A stretch of DNA of 64,000 nucleotides, taken from Eledone cirrhosa (Eukaryota). How positions within the stretch are numbered: position 1 is the first letter of the stretch; each line of letters starts with the position of its first letter. Below the pieces are notes generated by a model, which ran no database searches, was not told the origin of the DNA, and saw only the letters and a program-made list of their open reading frames with translations. Location of the stretch: NCBI GenBank assembly GCA_964016885.1, contig OZ024744.1, forward strand, positions 82,770,001-82,834,000, given 5' to 3'. Shown piece after piece: positions 59,090 to 64,000 of the stretch. The position numbers and the translations under genes are program-made.

Positions 59090-59648
59090 TTACAGATATG
59101 ATATTCACTTTCTTTAGTAATAAAAAAAGAAAAGGGGAATCAAAAGTAAAGAAAGAATAGGGAAATATAGAGAATAAAAAAAAAGCGAGAAGGAAAGAAG
59201 AAAAAGAACAGGAAAGGGAGGAGATGGCAACAGCTCTGGTGTCGCAGAAGAGAGGGGGTGAAGTGGGAGGGTGACTGGGCTTTGGGTCTAGGCCAAGGGG
59301 GCAGGAGTGACGCCCGCGGAAAAGACGGCAAAAGCATTCCCCCGGGCGATGGCCAGTGATACCCGCTGCAACAGCCACCGAATCTTGCGGGGCTCCTTCC
59401 TTAGACCGTCGATATTCCAATCTTGCGGAGAAGCTCGGCAGTACGGGGTCCAAGTACGCCTGAGGTCTTGATGGTGACCGCTTCGAAGAGGAAGCGGCTG
59501 GACAAACCCCAATATTTTTATGTTCTTCTGCGAGGCGGGCTGCAATGCCGGTGTTTGTGGCGGCCGAAGCGACTAAGTTGGAGGCGGAGAACGTGTCGCA
59601 GCAGGTGGCGTCCCAGATGAGGGATCTGCCTCCTTCGAATGGGAAGAG
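59090..59648 (-). mobile_element. CRE-clade non-LTR retrotransposon 3' fragment (RLE C-terminus plus 3' UTR)
   Basis: Frameshifted translation SLIWDATCCDTFSAS..AARLAEEHK..FLFEAVTIKTSGVLGP..LLRKIG..KEPRKIRWLLQRVSLAIARGNA matches the CRE C-terminal signature (WD.T..DT...QR.S.A..RGNA). Confidence 0.8.
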
Positions 59649-60264
59649 CGTAATTAGATATTCTACAGAAAATTAATTTGAGGAATAATAAAATTGTCAA
59701 AGTAAAGATTTTCATTTTGAGTGGTGACTTCAATCACACTGCATACGTGCCAATACCCGTTGTAATAGAGAATTATATTAAAATCACAATGGTGAAGATA
59801 TGTAAAGACTCTCATCAAAGATACGCCAACAATATGAGATCACATAGTGACGTGGCATTCCTGTTATTGTTTCTTACAGTCAGGAAATGTAAGTAATGAC
59901 AACGGTTTAGTTATAAACACAAGAAACAGTGTCAAATGAGAGTAACACTGATATAGTATGTAAGGAATTTCCAAATCTGACAAACAGCGATTACATTGAA
60001 CACGTTTACAAGAAGATGATTTTAACACCCCAAACCAAACACCTAGAGTGGATTTAGCCTCAAAATATACAGAAACCGCACCTTTAATTTGGAAAGGAAG
60101 CTGTTCCATATTAGCAATTTATTTTCTATGAATAGTAATATAACTTAAGCACAGACTTTGATGCAGATGAAGTATATTTTGCAAAGTCTGTATTTTGTTG
60201 ATGAAAAACTATATGTGACTTCAAGTAGCAATAAGAGTAGTAGAAACTAAAAGATACTAGTTCA

Positions 60265-60407
60265 TAATTGTTTCTACTTTTTGGGACATTACCCAGTGCA
60301 TTACTGGTACTTTATTTTATCGACCCCGTAAGGATGAAAGGCAAAGTTAACCTCGGCGGGATTTGAACTCAGAATGGCAAGGGCCGTAACTCTATGCGTC
60401 AAAGCAT
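60265..60407 (-). mobile_element. 5'-truncated SINE with TSD ATACTAGTTCATAAT
   Basis: The TSD occurs at about 60254 and 60406. Confidence 0.85.
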
Positions 60408-60887
60408 ACTAGTTCATAATGCAGAATATTTGGGTGTGCTTTTGCGTTCTATGGTATATAGAAATTATATTATGCACATAATATATATGCTAAGATATAA
60501 TCCAAGATTGACTTTCTGAATCCGGCAAATTACATCATAGAGTAATATTTGATGTAAACTTCAATCAGAACATATTACAATATAAATCTTTCACCAACAC
60601 CACTAACATCTCCACATTCTTCAACAATATCTATCAATAACACCATATACTTCAGCTGTTTAGTACACAATTTAATATACATTTACTACCACCGTAAGTA
60701 CTAAAATCAAACAAATTTGTAAGGCCAGTTCTCATGTTTTGCCATATCTGATGGGTGTATAAAGCATTTGGTTCCGTGTTTCTTCGTGGATTGTGAAGGA
60801 TGTAGATAGTATCTGAGAATGAACTATATTTCTCACAGTTTTTGGTACTCTATGTGAAGATAAGGATTTATATAATATATATACCTA

Positions 60888-61545
60888 TCTATATACTACT
60901 AAAACTATGATTGCTTGCTTGTTTGTCTGTAATTTAATACAGCCAAAAGGGCGCATAATGGAAAAATACTTTGAAAGGAGGTTGCCCCTGAAATGGGAAT
61001 ACAAATGGAATAAAACAAGTTTCGCGTAAACCGGAGTACGGGTTACCGAGATATGGGGTTTTCTCGGGTACCTTCATAAACAGAGAGAGAGAGAGAGAGA
61101 GAGAGTAAATTGAAAGAGAGATATATATAGAGGGAGAGGAGAGGGAGAAGAAGAATGGAAGAGAGAGAGAAAGAGAAAGAGCTGGTGTTGTTGTGTATAT
61201 ATATATATGTGTGTGTATATGTGTGTGTGTCTATGACCAGTGTATATAGATCAGAAACACCCGCATATATATACAGACACACACATACATATATATATTG
61301 AACAAACGAGCAACGATGGTTGCTGGACACTACGGCTTAATACGGGATGTTTGTTTACAAACACACCGAGCATTATAATAAATGTTCGGTGATTCCATAC
61401 GTACATATATATATGTGTGCATGTATGTGTATATATATACATACTATTGTACGTCTGTATACATATATGTATGTACGTGTACATACTTATATTTAAGTAA
61501 CAGCCGTACTAAGAGTGGGAAATGAAATGTCGTTTCATTTTTTCC

Positions 61546-61606
<61 letters not shown>

Positions 61607-61780
61607 CATACACATATATAAACATACACACAGGTATATATATGGGCCTTCCAGTTTCATTTCCCATTATATACATGTCTGTATATATTTTAACTATTTA
61701 AAAATTATTTTCAATTGAACATGATTTAAAAAAATATTTTGAAGTGAACGTGGCCCAACGGGTCACAGGTGGTCAAGTAG
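60888..61780 (+). mobile_element. Non-autonomous Helitron-like element
   Basis: 5' A|TCTATATACTACTAAAAC..(GCTT/GTTT/GTCT). The 3' hairpin GTGGCCC-AAC-GGGTCAC is followed about 10 nt later by GTAG (degenerate CTAG). Confidence 0.6.
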
Positions 61781-62431
61781 ATACTAAAAGCCGGTACAAC
61801 GTGGTAGAAAAAATTGAAAGGTAAATGATGACAAATGAAATAAATCGAAACAAAGTAATGTTTTATCCAATGTATATTAGTATGATATTTCAGGGTTAAT
61901 ACCGTCTTTTAAGATGCCTAACTGAAATAGTCCAAGACAAAACAAACGAGTAAACAGTATTTTCAGTTTTCTTCCCTAACACGCACACACACACACACAC
62001 GCGCGCGCGCACACGCACGCACACGCACACACAGACACAGACACACACACCCATATATATATATATATATATACACACACCACATTACATATGCAAATAT
62101 GTGCGTGCGTGTATATATGTCTCTACGAATACCTACAATTTTTCATAATAGATATATGATATATTGGTATGTATGTGTATGCAGATATAAGAATGTGTGT
62201 GTGTATGTGTGCGTGTGAATTTGCGTTCGTGTGTGTTTTCATGTGCGTCTGTGTGTGCCCATAAATATGCACTTCAGCGTGTGTCAGCACGTGTGTTTAT
62301 AAATTTCAATATAAGCATATAAATACACACATCTATACATACATACATACTTACACACATACACACATACACACATACATACACACATACATACATACAT
62401 ACATACACACATACATACATACATACATACA

Positions 62432-62465
<34 letters not shown>

Positions 62466-62954
62466 ACTTACATACATACATGCTTACATACATACATCAA
62501 TACATACATACATGCATACATACATACATCAATACATACATACATGCATACATACATACATCAATACATACATTCATACATACATCAATGCATACATACA
62601 CACATACATATATACATACATAGTAACACAGATATGAGCATGCCCGCATGGTTGACAGCCATCATGCATGGATGCATTATTAATTAGTTCTTGGTTTTAG
62701 AATACACGAGTTAATTTATTATGAATATCACTTAAAGATTCAAGTGGAATAAACATAAAAAAATCGTCTAATAAATTAATGGCAGTCAGCTATAAATGAA
62801 CAATCTCGAATAAAACAACAGCCCCTCCTAATCCCCTGCCATCAATAATAATAACAACAATAATATGAACAACAATATAAGTAATGATGATAATGATAAA
62901 GATTATAGGAACAACAACAATAACAACAACAACAACAACAATAATAATAATAAT

Positions 62955-64000
62955 AATTGTTTCCACTTTTGGAACAAGGCCAGCAATTATTCCAGTGTAT
63001 TACTGGTACTTTATTTTATCGACCCCCGTAAGGATGAAAGTCAAAGCTAACCTTAGCAGAATTTGAACTCAGAATATAAAGGGCCATAACTCTATGTTGC
63101 AAAGCAAGGTGTCTGACGCTTTACCGATTCTGCCAATCCACCACCCTACAACAATAATAATAATTGTTTTTACTTTTGGCACAAGGCCAGCAATTCTCCC
63201 AGTTTATTACTGGTACTTTATTTTATCGACTCTGTAAGGATGAAAGGAAAAGTTAACCTCGGCGAGATTTTAACTCAGATCATAAAGGGCCGTAACTCTT
63301 TGCTGCAAAGCATGGCGTCCGACCCTCTACCGACAATAATAATAATGGTTTCTGATTTAGGCACAAGACCAGCAATTTTTGTGGGAGAGGAACGTCGATT
63401 AAATCGACTCCAGTGCATTACAGGTACTTTATTTTATCGACCCCTAGAAGGATGAGTGGCAAGATTGACCTTAGGGAGATTCGAATTAAAGCGCAATGAG
63501 TCGATTAGAGTATCGTGGAATAAAGGGCTTAAGTACACAATGAAAATCGAAATGATAATCTTAAAATCGTGAGCTGAACACCCTAATAACGATTTCTAAT
63601 ATAGGTACATGGCCAGCAATTTTAGGGATAGGGAAAGGTCGATTGACTGGGGCCGTATTTTATCGACCATGGAAGGATGAAAGATATATTTGATTTTGGC
63701 AGGATTTGAACTCAAAATGTAAAGAACAAGATAAAAATCCCCAAAGGATTTCATTTGAGATCCTAAAGATTCTGCCAATTCAATGCTAATAATGATTTCT
63801 ACTATAGGAACAAGGCCAGTAATTTAGGGGGAGGGGAAACTCGATTAAATCAACCCCCAGCGTATTACTGGCGTTTTATAGACACAGTAAGGATGAAAGA
63901 CAAAGCTAACATCGGCGCAATTTGAACTCAGAACGTAGAGGACCGTAACAACAATATACCGCAAAGCATGTTTTACGACGCTCTACCGATACTGCCAAAC
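62955..64000 (-). mobile_element. Array of five SINE copies separated by (AAT)n
   Basis: Copies start at about 62955, 63162, 63346, 63593 and 63795. Confidence 0.88.

Overview
AT-rich, microsatellite-saturated eukaryotic DNA. The SINE and LINE families look cephalopod (Octopus-like), which is an inference. I cannot support any host gene or exon; the window is almost entirely transposon-derived. It holds two inverted copies of a Tx1/L1-clade LINE (one apparently full length, both with RT deletions), R4/Dong-type and CRE-type restriction-like-endonuclease LINE relics, non-autonomous RTE derivatives, about 35 tRNA-derived SINE copies, two non-autonomous Helitrons, a Tigger/pogo-like MITE and a 20/21-bp minisatellite. 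The most striking signal is a dense population of short non-coding elements sitting in (TA)n tracts. I read at least 10 intact type I hammerhead ribozyme motifs in them by eye, from several unrelated families. Many share one architecture: (TA)n, inverted arm, spacer with or without a hammerhead, direct arm, unique 3' tail, (TA)n. Across unrelated families the tail usually opens with the same small hairpin motif, RCTC-N11-18-GAGYRCY(C/T)T, and the inverted arm starts 3-8 nt before it in most cases. This fits Penelope-like retroelement pseudo-LTR relics or ribozyme-bearing non-autonomous retroelements with a shared cis signal for internal reverse-transcription initiation. All coordinates were read by eye and may be off by a few nt.
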